This document shows, piece by piece, positions 17,726 through 26,394 of a DNA stretch of 64,000 nucleotides. Source of the stretch: Methanobacteriota archaeon (GTDB taxonomy: Archaea; Thermoplasmatota; Poseidoniia; Poseidoniales; Thalassarchaeaceae); contig JAERSV010000039.1 of the NCBI GenBank assembly GCA_016845345.1, forward strand, positions 1,113-65,112, in the 5' to 3' direction. The notes under the pieces were generated by a model. The model searched no databases and was not told the origin of the DNA. It saw nothing but the letters and a program-made list of their open reading frames with translations. The stretch's first letter is position 1. Every line of letters begins with the position of its first letter. A program made the translations under genes and the position numbers.

Positions 17726-18217
17726 ATGGCACTTCCAATCCACCGAATTGAATGGACAGTCCACGCATCTGGTGTCAGCGATATTGATGTAATCGCGGAC
17801 TCCTTATCTTGGTTAATTGGTGATGAAGAATTCGTTGATGTTGAAAAGACTCAGTCATATCACAACACACCGATGTACATTGTTCATGCTGAGGCAAAAA
17901 AGAAGTCAGATGCTCGCCGATCTTTACCGCGTTTAGGCAAATCGTTACTCGATGAACTTGCAAAAAATATTGAAGGTAGAATTGATGAGGGAAACTGGTT
18001 ACACTTGAGACTAAAGTTGGACGAACTTGTACGTGGTAATCCTTCTCTGACTAACCCCCATGACCCATGTGAGAGTGTTAAAGGAAGGGTGAAACTTGAG
18101 GTTTATCCCGGCGATAATGTAGAAGAAGTGGCGCGCCGATTGTTGAATGAAGCGGCTAAAATCGCAACTAGAAAAGGCCTACCAGAAATCCCAAACTCTG
18201 ATGTCACAAATGATTAA
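17726..18217 (+). CDS. Hypothetical protein, possibly DUF54/predicted RNA-binding (exosome-associated) family
   Basis: The N-terminus IHRIEWTVHASGVSDIDVIADSLSWL resembles the beta-alpha-beta start of the archaeal PF01877-type family. This is a weak assignment. Confidence 0.4.
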   Translation: MALPIHRIEWTVHASGVSDIDVIADSLSWLIGDEEFVDVEKTQSYHNTPMYIVHAEAKKKSDARRSLPRLGKSLLDELAKNIEGRIDEGNWLHLRLKLDELVRGNPSLTNPHDPCESVKGRVKLEVYPGDNVEEVARRLLNEAAKIATRKGLPEIPNSDVTND

Positions 18218-18261
18218 CTTCATAGAAGAGTGGCCTACACCGATGGTTGAGAGGAATTACG

Positions 18262-18534
18262 ATGACTCACGTAGTAACCACAGCATGCGTTGACGCGAAG
18301 TACCAAGAATGTGTGGCAGTTTGCCCTGTTGAAGCATTTAGGGAAGCCGAAACTTACCTTGTAATTGATGCTGATGAATGCATTGATTGCGGTGCTTGTA
18401 TTCCAGAATGTCCTGTTGAAGCAATTTTTGCCGACACCGATGTTCCTGCTGAAGAAGAGGCATGGATTGAGCGCAATGAAACAGAAGCGCTTGATTTGCC
18501 AATCGCCGAAGGCGATTCACCAGTGCTTGCTTGA
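18262..18534 (+). CDS. 7Fe-type ferredoxin (3Fe-4S + 4Fe-4S)
   Basis: [18 protein letters not shown] and [16 protein letters not shown] match the FdxA-like layout. ATG 18262 follows gagg. Confidence 0.85.
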   Translation: MTHVVTTACVDAKYQECVAVCPVEAFREAETYLVIDADECIDCGACIPECPVEAIFADTDVPAEEEAWIERNETEALDLPIAEGDSPVLA

Positions 18535-18574
18535 TGTGAACACTGACATTCCTCTTTGATGGGGTAAGGAAGAA

Positions 18575-18970
18575 ATGGAAAAGTGCCCACTCTCTGAACA
18601 AGAGCAGAAATGGCTTGATGGCGGCATTAACGAATTCAATACAGGCCGCTATTGGCATGCCCACGAGGACTGGGAGGAGATGTGGAAGTCGCTCAAGGCG
18701 AGAGATGCTGACCAAAGATACATCTTAGGTATCCAAGGACTCATTCAACCTACTGCTCTAATGTTCCAATACGAGCGGCAAAAACCCCGAGGAATTGTCA
18801 ACATGTGGGGTAAACTGACCGACAAACTAGGAACACCCGAATCACCCTTGTTCGAGAATTTATGGTGTGTAGTAATTCCAAAAGTGCTCCAAGATGTTCT
18901 CCCCTTCCTCACTGATGCAACCTCAGATGAACCTAACTGGGGGCTCAATCCAAATACGGTGCTAATCTGA
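18575..18970 (+). CDS. DUF309 domain protein
   Basis: FNTGRYWHAHEDWEEMW is the defining DUF309 motif. Confidence 0.7.
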   Translation: MEKCPLSEQEQKWLDGGINEFNTGRYWHAHEDWEEMWKSLKARDADQRYILGIQGLIQPTALMFQYERQKPRGIVNMWGKLTDKLGTPESPLFENLWCVVIPKVLQDVLPFLTDATSDEPNWGLNPNTVLI

Positions 18971-19085
18971 TAAGTGTGAATCACAATAGTTGACGCACAA
19001 GTATCCCCTATCTTGCCACCATGGCCGCCCAAAACTAATTGCTTCATTGGATTTTGCATTCTAGCAAAGCAGGAGGTAAATAAGA

Positions 19086-19757
19086 GTGGGAATTGCCAAG
19101 TTTCGCGAAGAATATGAGCATGATGAGCCTTTTTGGAATCCTCAGGTCAAGACCGCAAGCGGGCTAACAATCACATTTCTACTGGCCGCGGCAATATTCT
19201 CACTTTCCAGTGGTAACGATTGGTTCTTTGTCAACGCGATAATGATGGGTATCGTGTTTGTCATTCTTGGATACGTTCATCAAAATGTGAGATTAACCAA
19301 TGCCACAATTTGGGCATTATCAGGTTGGTGTGTTTTGCACATGGTAGGTGGTCTAATTCCGGTTCCTGCAACCTGGCCGATTGAAGGTGACACCCGAGTT
19401 CTCTATAGTTGGTGGTTGATTCCTGACTTTTTGAAATATGACAACATTGTACATGCTTACGGTTTTGGTGTCACAACCTGGGTTTGTTGGCAAGGGCTTG
19501 CAATGGGATTCAAGAAAGTGGGCGCCACCCTGCAACCTACTTTTGGAATGTTGCTATTATGTTGGGCTGCTGGGATGGGATTGGGTTCTCTCAACGAAAT
19601 TATTGAATTTCCACCAACAATGATACTTGCTGATATCAATCTTGGTGGTTATGTAAACACAAGCTTTGACTTAATTTCCAACATGGTTGGTTCCCTTGTA
19701 GCAGTGATTACCATTTGGTATTGTAGTAGGTTGACTGAAGAGGATGAAGAAGAATGA
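19086..19757 (+). CDS. Integral membrane protein (5-6 TM), function unknown
   Basis: Multiple hydrophobic helices. aggagg lies 9 nt upstream of the GTG start. The acidic tail is EEDEEE. Confidence 0.6.
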   Translation: MGIAKFREEYEHDEPFWNPQVKTASGLTITFLLAAAIFSLSSGNDWFFVNAIMMGIVFVILGYVHQNVRLTNATIWALSGWCVLHMVGGLIPVPATWPIEGDTRVLYSWWLIPDFLKYDNIVHAYGFGVTTWVCWQGLAMGFKKVGATLQPTFGMLLLCWAAGMGLGSLNEIIEFPPTMILADINLGGYVNTSFDLISNMVGSLVAVITIWYCSRLTEEDEEE

Positions 19758-20008
19758 ATATTGAACCACAAGCGTCGATAAAGAACATTAACCATCCTAA
19801 GCCATCAAGTATCATGGCCTCAGATGATGATACATCAATGGTGGTAATTCGTGGAGCCGGAGGAAAGGAGGTTAGCCGGGCCGAGAAAGATGAAAGTCCG
19901 GACAAGAAGGAGAAGTCACCGAGGGAGAAGGCCGGCCTCGCGTTGTGGTGGATATATGCATTTTTCTCGTTGATTATTTTGATTGCCATGATCGCCTTAG
20001 GACCATAA
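19754..20008 (+). CDS. Small tail-anchored membrane protein
   Basis: ATGA start/stop overlap with the upstream gene. A charged N-terminal half is followed by one TM helix, LALWWIYAFFSLIILIAMIALG. Confidence 0.5.
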   Translation: MNIEPQASIKNINHPKPSSIMASDDDTSMVVIRGAGGKEVSRAEKDESPDKKEKSPREKAGLALWWIYAFFSLIILIAMIALGP

Positions 20009-20155
20009 CCAACAAAATTCCAGACGCACAAGGATTTGAACAGAAATAATGGGAATTTTGGTAGGGTCATCTAACAAAGGAAAGGTGATCTTAGTACAAG
20101 AACAAAAGTGATCCATAGGGCAATCCCACAAAGATTTCACAGAAAATCAATCAAT

Positions 20156-21376
20156 TTACGAGCCCCAATAGGCCTCACGGATGTCTTGATTCGCTTGCAT
20201 GCAAGCGACAACATCTGCAGGCCGTGAAGGCATGGATTCTATCCCTGAAAGATGATTGTAAATGGGTTCAACATTTGACATGTTGACCACGCCCCATCCA
20301 ACCTGTGTGCATGGAGCAACGGGGGAAATTGGCATGGTGCCAGATGTGGGGTCCCAAGTTGAATAACCAGGGTACCAAGCCGACAAGTTCAACGCATCTC
20401 TCAGTTGGCTATTTGTGATTGAAAGATTGGTACCATTGACCAAAAGGCCGCCGCGCTCCTCAGACCCCCCTGAACTCATGTCACCTGATAGTTCACGAAG
20501 TTGAGTCAAAATCAGACTGAGAATGCCAGCAGTTCGAGGTGTTGCAAACGAGGTTCCTGATGTTTCATGATAACCATCGATGTCATCATGATTGGGCAAT
20601 ACTTGTGTCCAATCCGCGGCGATATCAGGATAGGAACCACTCATCGTTTCCTTTTGGTCATCCCCTTCTTCGGCATAGCCAGATATACCGATTGACCATG
20701 GCGGACCTGCTGTGGAATCTTGAACAGCTGGAGATGGTGTATTGTCAGCAGCACCGGTGTGAATCTTGTTATTCTCAACCACGGCTACGCGCGTTGCATC
20801 TTCAATTCCTGGAACTGGGACGCTACCAATCGGCCCAAAAGAAGTTGTGATGATATCGACCAGTGGCTGATTTGCCGCGGCAAGTACCGCTTCATCACTG
20901 AATCCTTCAACGAAGAAAATAATCGCATCTGGATTCGCATCAAGAACGGCACCTGTGACCGCAGTACCGTGGCCATCTGCAGGATCATCAAGAATAGGGA
21001 TATTGGTATTATCATCCGGAGTTGTCCCGATGATTCGCGTCCCGGGGAAATAGACAATATCTGTCGATGTTATGACATCCCAGCATGTTGGTGCATCGGC
21101 TTCGTATCGCTCTTGCCAAGTACCGGTCATAGTCAGGTTACACCACATTGTCACACCAAGTCCATCGACCAACCATTGGGGTAGAGTTTCATTGAGGATG
21201 AAACGTTCGTGATACACATTGATTCCAGTATCTATTGGAGCGACGACACTGTAAGCACCGAAGCTGACTTCTTCCTCGATTTCTTCAGGTGCAACATCCT
21301 CTTTGCCAAAGCAACCGGAAAGAACTGAGCAAAGCATTAGTGCTGAAAGATAGAGGGTGAGATTCACCTTTCGCAT
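20156..21376 (-). CDS. Subtilisin-like (S8) serine protease, lipoprotein
   Basis: Catalytic triad contexts are APIDTGI (Asp), GHGTAVTG (His) and SGTSFATP (Ser). Signal with LSGCFG lipobox. Confidence 0.85.
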   Translation of the reverse strand: MRKVNLTLYLSALMLCSVLSGCFGKEDVAPEEIEEEVSFGAYSVVAPIDTGINVYHERFILNETLPQWLVDGLGVTMWCNLTMTGTWQERYEADAPTCWDVITSTDIVYFPGTRIIGTTPDDNTNIPILDDPADGHGTAVTGAVLDANPDAIIFFVEGFSDEAVLAAANQPLVDIITTSFGPIGSVPVPGIEDATRVAVVENNKIHTGAADNTPSPAVQDSTAGPPWSIGISGYAEEGDDQKETMSGSYPDIAADWTQVLPNHDDIDGYHETSGTSFATPRTAGILSLILTQLRELSGDMSSGGSEERGGLLVNGTNLSITNSQLRDALNLSAWYPGYSTWDPTSGTMPISPVAPCTQVGWGVVNMSNVEPIYNHLSGIESMPSRPADVVACMQANQDIREAYWGS

Positions 21377-21383
21377 GCTTGTC

Positions 21384-21403
21384 CCCGGCCCTATGGGGCC
21401 GGG
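21384..21403 (-). promoter_or_regulatory. 8-bp GC hairpin/palindrome in the 5' leader of the S8 protease gene
   Basis: cccggccc-tatg-gggccggg, located 7 nt upstream of the ATG at 21376. Confidence 0.4.
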
Positions 21404-21462
21404 TTCTGGGCTTCAACCCGACGGTTGGCTTGGAATCGAAATCAAAATGTGGCGAATAGGCC

Positions 21463-21584
21463 TTCCAGTAAACAAATAAGACGTCAGTTTGGAAATCCAA
21501 ACCACACTACCAAAATCCCTTGGCGTGAGTTCCAGTAAACAAATAAGACGTCAGTTTGGAAAACCAAACCACACTACCAAAATC
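21463..21584. repeat. Two direct copies of a 55-bp element (period 67 bp) in the protease/tpiA divergent intergenic region
   Basis: Copies at 21463-21517 and 21530-21584 differ at one position. Each contains gacgtc and the hairpin gtttgg-aaa(t/a)-ccaaac. Confidence 0.9.
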
Positions 21585-21676
21585 GCCTCGGCAACCACAA
21601 AACCACTCATCGCGAAGGTCAGAGACTCTACACCTCTCCAATAGGTTCAACTGAATGAAGCGCTTGGCGGTGCTTG

Positions 21677-22345
21677 ATGAAGCCACTAATAGTTGTCAAC
21701 TTCAAGACCTACAGCAGTGCTCATGGCGCTAATGCTGAAATGCTGGCGAAATTCATGGCAGAAGCAGATGCAGCCTGTGATTCAGCGGATTTTGTCGCTG
21801 TAGTTTCAGCATTCGACTTGGCTTCAGTAAAGGCAGCAGCACCCAACCTGCAAGTTTGGGCTCAACATCTCGACCCTGTCGGATTTGGTTCTCATACCGG
21901 CTGGCTCCATCCTGAAACTGCAATCGAAAGAGGTGCGACAGGCACCATCATCAATCATGCAGAGCATAAAGTATCTATTGATCATGTCAAAAACCTGCTA
22001 GCACAACTTCCTGATGGATTCCCAGTATGCGCTTGTGCCGCAGATTTGGATGAAGCAAGAGCACTAGCAGCCCTTGGCCCAACAATGATTGCAGTCGAGC
22101 CTCCCGAATTGATTGGCGGCGACATCTCAGTCACATCTGCAGACCCTGAAATTGTCTCAGGCACGTCTAATCTCGTGAAATCTGTGAACTCCGAAGTCCG
22201 TGTTCTGTGCGGTGCTGGAGTAAAAAACGGAGATGATGTAGCAATGGCGATTCAACTTGGGACCGAAGGAGTTCTTTTGGCAAGTGGAGTCACAAAAGCA
22301 AACGACCCACAAGGGATTCTTGCAGACCTCGTTTCAAAACTCTGA
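21677..22345 (+). CDS. tpiA: Triosephosphate isomerase (archaeal short type)
   Basis: PLIVVNFKTY, INHAEH and EPPELIG motifs, about 222 aa. ATG 21677 is preferred over TTG 21674. Confidence 0.88.
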   Translation: MKPLIVVNFKTYSSAHGANAEMLAKFMAEADAACDSADFVAVVSAFDLASVKAAAPNLQVWAQHLDPVGFGSHTGWLHPETAIERGATGTIINHAEHKVSIDHVKNLLAQLPDGFPVCACAADLDEARALAALGPTMIAVEPPELIGGDISVTSADPEIVSGTSNLVKSVNSEVRVLCGAGVKNGDDVAMAIQLGTEGVLLASGVTKANDPQGILADLVSKL

Positions 22346-22363
22346 ATTGCTCTTTTTGGTAAA

Positions 22364-23371
22364 TCACGATTCGGGAAAAGTTCCACCAATTTGGGAATAT
22401 CCATCTGGGATTTCAGCCCTGTAGTCTACTACTACACCCTCTAATTTGACACCGGCACCAATTTTTGCGCCTTCACCAATCAAACATTCAACAACTGAGG
22501 CACCTTCACCGATGAAAACATCACTCATCAATGCAGACCTTACTACATCTGAGCCGGGAGAAATCGTTGAACCATGTCCTATTGCACTACTCAATGGCCC
22601 AGCCCCATCAAACACCCCATCACCCATCCAAGAAGTGTCGCCAAAACCACCGCGCCCACCACTTGTCCAGCGCTGACCACTTAGACAAACTTGCACACCC
22701 TCTAACCAAGAAGGCGGAGTACCAGCATCAACGAAGTGACCTTCAAAACCAAATCCGTTCAACACACCTTCGGACGCAATTTCGGTGTAAACATCTCTCT
22801 CCATACTGTGCGCGCCATCCGGCATTCGCTCAAAAATCGCTGGCTCAAGGATGTAGCAACCAGCGTTTATCATGTTACTGACAGCATCTTCTAATGCTGG
22901 CTTTTCTTGAAACTGGTAGATTTTTCCATCCTCGCGAATATCACAGACTCCAAACCTAGTTGGGTCCTCAACCTCCCAGAGCGAAATGGTGGCTAATCCT
23001 CCCTGAGAATGGTGAAATTTGAGCATTTCTTCAACTGGTACACTTGAGAGTAGGTCACCATTCATCACGCAAAATGTCTCATCACGAAGATGATTTCTGC
23101 AATTAGCGATTGCACCGCCCGTACCAAGTGGTTCAGTCTCTTCAACAATTGTGACTTTGTATGGTAATTCAACAGTAGAAAAATGCTGTCTCATCTCTTC
23201 AATTTTGTATCCCGCTGCCAATATGACTTCATCAACCAAGGTTTCAGGTAACGCCTCAACCACTCTTTCGAGCAGAGTTTTGTCAAGCATTGGTAGCAAT
23301 GGTTTAGCAACATGGTTAGTCCATGGGCGAAGTCTAGTACCAAATCCACCGGCCAAAACGATGACTTGCAT
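22364..23371 (-). CDS. Sugar-1-phosphate nucleotidyltransferase with C-terminal left-handed beta-helix
   Basis: MQVIVLAGGFGTRLRPWT..KPLLP is the NTP-transferase signature. The C-terminal part has hexapeptide-like repeats. Confidence 0.8.
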   Translation of the reverse strand: MQVIVLAGGFGTRLRPWTNHVAKPLLPMLDKTLLERVVEALPETLVDEVILAAGYKIEEMRQHFSTVELPYKVTIVEETEPLGTGGAIANCRNHLRDETFCVMNGDLLSSVPVEEMLKFHHSQGGLATISLWEVEDPTRFGVCDIREDGKIYQFQEKPALEDAVSNMINAGCYILEPAIFERMPDGAHSMERDVYTEIASEGVLNGFGFEGHFVDAGTPPSWLEGVQVCLSGQRWTSGGRGGFGDTSWMGDGVFDGAGPLSSAIGHGSTISPGSDVVRSALMSDVFIGEGASVVECLIGEGAKIGAGVKLEGVVVDYRAEIPDGYSQIGGTFPES

Positions 23372-23508
23372 GATGCTCCCTGTCTTTCCCGGTTAAACAC
23401 CCTCACTTCAAGGGATTCCCCTCGGGTTAGCGCGTTGGCACAACTTAGACACGCGGGCAAGTATTCAAAGACGGGCTTTAGGTCGACCAACTCGTAGGGG
23501 GAGTTTGG

Positions 23509-24717
23509 GTGAACATCCACGAATATCAAGGAAAGAGTCTGTTTCGAGGTGCTGGGCTTCCGGTAGTTGCCGGAGTTCATTGTACAAGTGTAGAGCAAGC
23601 ACTCTCTGCTTACGATGATTTAGCGAGCAAAATTGTTGCTGTAAAGAGTCAAATTCATGCAGGCGGACGTGGAAAAGGAATTCTGTACGACCCGGAAAGT
23701 GGTGCTGAAGTTATGCAGGGTGGAGTCAAGATTGCTTTCAATCGAGATGATGTTGAAACCTATGCAACAAATCTACTTGGCAACAAGTTGGTGACAAAAC
23801 AAACCGGTGAAGTCGGAAAAATTGTCAACAATCTCTACATCGAGTCTGGATGCGCTATCGCCCATGAATATTATCTTGCAATTTTGGTTGACAGAGAGGA
23901 AAAAATGCCTCTAATTATGGCTTCGACTGAAGGCGGAATGGATATTGAAGAAGTCGCGGAATCAACTCCTGAGGCTATTCATAAGATCTACGTTGACATC
24001 AATGTCGGAGTAACTGACGAGCAAGCAAATGGTCTGGCAAGTTCACTCGGATTAGATGGTTCTGCCAGCGATTCGTTTGTCACAATGATTCAAGGGTTAT
24101 TCTCATTTTTCGCGGAGAAAGATTGTGCAATGGTCGAAATCAACCCACTCGTGCGGACTGATGATGACGAGATGGTATTACTTGATGCAAAAGTCAGTTT
24201 TGATGAAAACGCACTATTCCGCCACCCTGATATCGTCGAATTACGTGACTTGTCGGAAGAAGAGGCTACTGAAATTCGTGCTAAAGAGGCTGGGTTATCA
24301 TATGTCAAACTCGATGGAAACATCGGTTGTTTAGTCAATGGGGCAGGATTAGCAATGGCAACTATGGATGTCATCAAATTGTATGGTGGTGAGCCTGCGA
24401 ATTTCCTTGATGTTGGTGGCGGCGCTGACGAGCAACAAGTTGAAACCGCATTCAGTATCATTATGGAAGACCCTAATGTGAAAGGGATTCTAGTCAATAT
24501 CTTCGGCGGAATCATGCGCTGTGACATCATCGCAAGAGGAGTCATTGCCGCGACTGAGGCACTTGGTCTAGAAGACCCACTAGTCGTGAGATTAGTAGGG
24601 ACAAATTTCGAGGAAGGACGAGCAATTTTAGCAGCCAGCGGTCTCAACATTCACACTGCTGAAACGCTGGCCGAAGGCGCTGAAAAAATTGTTTCACTCA
24701 TTGGAGGTGGTCAGTAA
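23509..24717 (+). CDS. sucC: Succinyl-CoA synthetase beta subunit
   Basis: [14 protein letters not shown]-grasp motifs, [18 protein letters not shown] and [13 protein letters not shown] start. Confidence 0.92.
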   Translation: MNIHEYQGKSLFRGAGLPVVAGVHCTSVEQALSAYDDLASKIVAVKSQIHAGGRGKGILYDPESGAEVMQGGVKIAFNRDDVETYATNLLGNKLVTKQTGEVGKIVNNLYIESGCAIAHEYYLAILVDREEKMPLIMASTEGGMDIEEVAESTPEAIHKIYVDINVGVTDEQANGLASSLGLDGSASDSFVTMIQGLFSFFAEKDCAMVEINPLVRTDDDEMVLLDAKVSFDENALFRHPDIVELRDLSEEEATEIRAKEAGLSYVKLDGNIGCLVNGAGLAMATMDVIKLYGGEPANFLDVGGGADEQQVETAFSIIMEDPNVKGILVNIFGGIMRCDIIARGVIAATEALGLEDPLVVRLVGTNFEEGRAILAASGLNIHTAETLAEGAEKIVSLIGGGQ

Positions 24718-25640
24718 TGGCAATCTGGATTGAAGAAGATGCAAAAATCTTGGTTCAGGGAATCACCGGCAAACAAGGTACATTCCACGCCACAAAGTCG
24801 GTAGAATTTGGGGCCAATGTTGTTGGTGGAGTCACTCCAGGAAAAGGTGGTCAAATGGCTGACCTTGGAATTATTCAAGTTCCAGTTTGGGGCACAATGT
24901 CAGAAGCAATTTCTGCAACAGATGCTGACGCCAGCGTCATTTATGTTCCACCAAGATTCGCTGGCGCCGCTATCATTGAAGCGGCTGATGCCTTCAAATC
25001 AGTCAAAGGAAATGGTGTCATTGTCTGCATCACCGAGGGGATTCCAACTCTTGATATGGTTAAGGCAACCGCTCACGTGAGAGGAATTGAGGGGGTTAGG
25101 CTCATCGGGCCAAACTGTCCAGGGATTATCACACCAAGCGAAACAGGTGGGGCGAAAATCGGTATCATGCCCGGCTCAATTCACGCTAAAGGGCGAATAG
25201 GGGTTGTCTCCAAATCAGGCACCCTCACCTACGAAGCCGTGGCTCAAACCATGAGTATTGACGAAGGTCAATCAACCTGTGTTGGGATAGGGGGAGACCC
25301 AGTAAATGGAACTGGTTTCATTGATTGTTTATCTGCTTTTGAGGCCGATGAACAAACTGCCGCAGTTGTGATGATAGGTGAAATCGGTGGGACTGCTGAA
25401 GAAGAGGCAGCGGCTTGGGTCGCTGAAAACATGAGTAAGCCAGTTGTTGGCTTTGTTGCGGGGATGACAGCGCCACCGGGTAAACGCATGGGGCATGCTG
25501 GAGCAATTATTGCCGGTGGCAAGGGGACAGCATCTGAGAAGGTGGCGGCGATGGAATCCGCTGGAATCCGCTGTGCAAATGACCCATCTGAAATCGGTGC
25601 AGTTCTGCTGAAAGCACTGCAAGATGCTGGACTTCGTTAA
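24717..25640 (+). CDS. sucD: Succinyl-CoA synthetase alpha subunit
   Basis: [31 protein letters not shown] and MGHAGAII (phosphohistidine loop). The start overlaps the sucC stop by 1 nt. Confidence 0.92.
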   Translation: MAIWIEEDAKILVQGITGKQGTFHATKSVEFGANVVGGVTPGKGGQMADLGIIQVPVWGTMSEAISATDADASVIYVPPRFAGAAIIEAADAFKSVKGNGVIVCITEGIPTLDMVKATAHVRGIEGVRLIGPNCPGIITPSETGGAKIGIMPGSIHAKGRIGVVSKSGTLTYEAVAQTMSIDEGQSTCVGIGGDPVNGTGFIDCLSAFEADEQTAAVVMIGEIGGTAEEEAAAWVAENMSKPVVGFVAGMTAPPGKRMGHAGAIIAGGKGTASEKVAAMESAGIRCANDPSEIGAVLLKALQDAGLR

Positions 25641-25719
25641 TTTACAGCGAAGAGTAACAGGTTAGCCGCTCGTTTCAAGACGAGCACCCGATGTCAGGAT
25701 TCCATAAGACTGAGAGTGA

Positions 25720-26349
25720 ATGACAATGGCAGTTGATGTAACCAGCCTGATTCCGGTTGCATTCGTACTAGCTGGTGGAGCGATTTCACCCGGCCCAAGC
25801 CTTGCAGTCGTACTTCGCAACACGATTGCTGGTGGCCGTTCTAGAGGAATTGCATGTTCTATTGGACATGGACTTGGGCTAGGGATTTACGCATTCTTAG
25901 CAATTAGCGGAATTGCATTTTTGAAATCAGGAGGAGGTTCTTTTTCTACAACCCTAGAATTAGCAGGAGCGGCCTTCTTGGTTTGGGTAGCAATATCCAT
26001 GCTTCGTGATATTAAAGTAGACGAGAAAAACACTGAATTACACGACGAAGGAAAACGTCAAGGGTTTGTTGAGGGATTCCTCATTGCATTCTTAAATCCA
26101 AAAATTTTCGTCTTTTTGACTGCTATTTTCAGTCAATTCATTGCCGCAGGAATGCCACTATCAGATCGATTAATCATCGCTTTTTTAGCATTAGTAATTG
26201 ACACATCATGGTACATCATTGTCGCCATTGCATTATCCGGAACGGCTATGCTTGAAAGCCTGAAAGAGCGAGGGAAACTCATTGATATCGTTGTAGCAAT
26301 TATTTTGCTTGGGTTGGCAATAACCATCTTTGCAAAATATCTAATGTGA
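25720..26349 (+). CDS. LysE/RhtB-family amino-acid exporter
   Basis: About 209 aa with 6 TM. The N-terminal AISPGPS motif and NPK motif are typical of LysE/RhtB. Confidence 0.7.
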   Translation: MTMAVDVTSLIPVAFVLAGGAISPGPSLAVVLRNTIAGGRSRGIACSIGHGLGLGIYAFLAISGIAFLKSGGGSFSTTLELAGAAFLVWVAISMLRDIKVDEKNTELHDEGKRQGFVEGFLIAFLNPKIFVFLTAIFSQFIAAGMPLSDRLIIAFLALVIDTSWYIIVAIALSGTAMLESLKERGKLIDIVVAIILLGLAITIFAKYLM

Positions 26350-26394
26350 ATTAAAAGTCACAATTTGGCCGGCATCCAACTAGAGGATTTAGGA

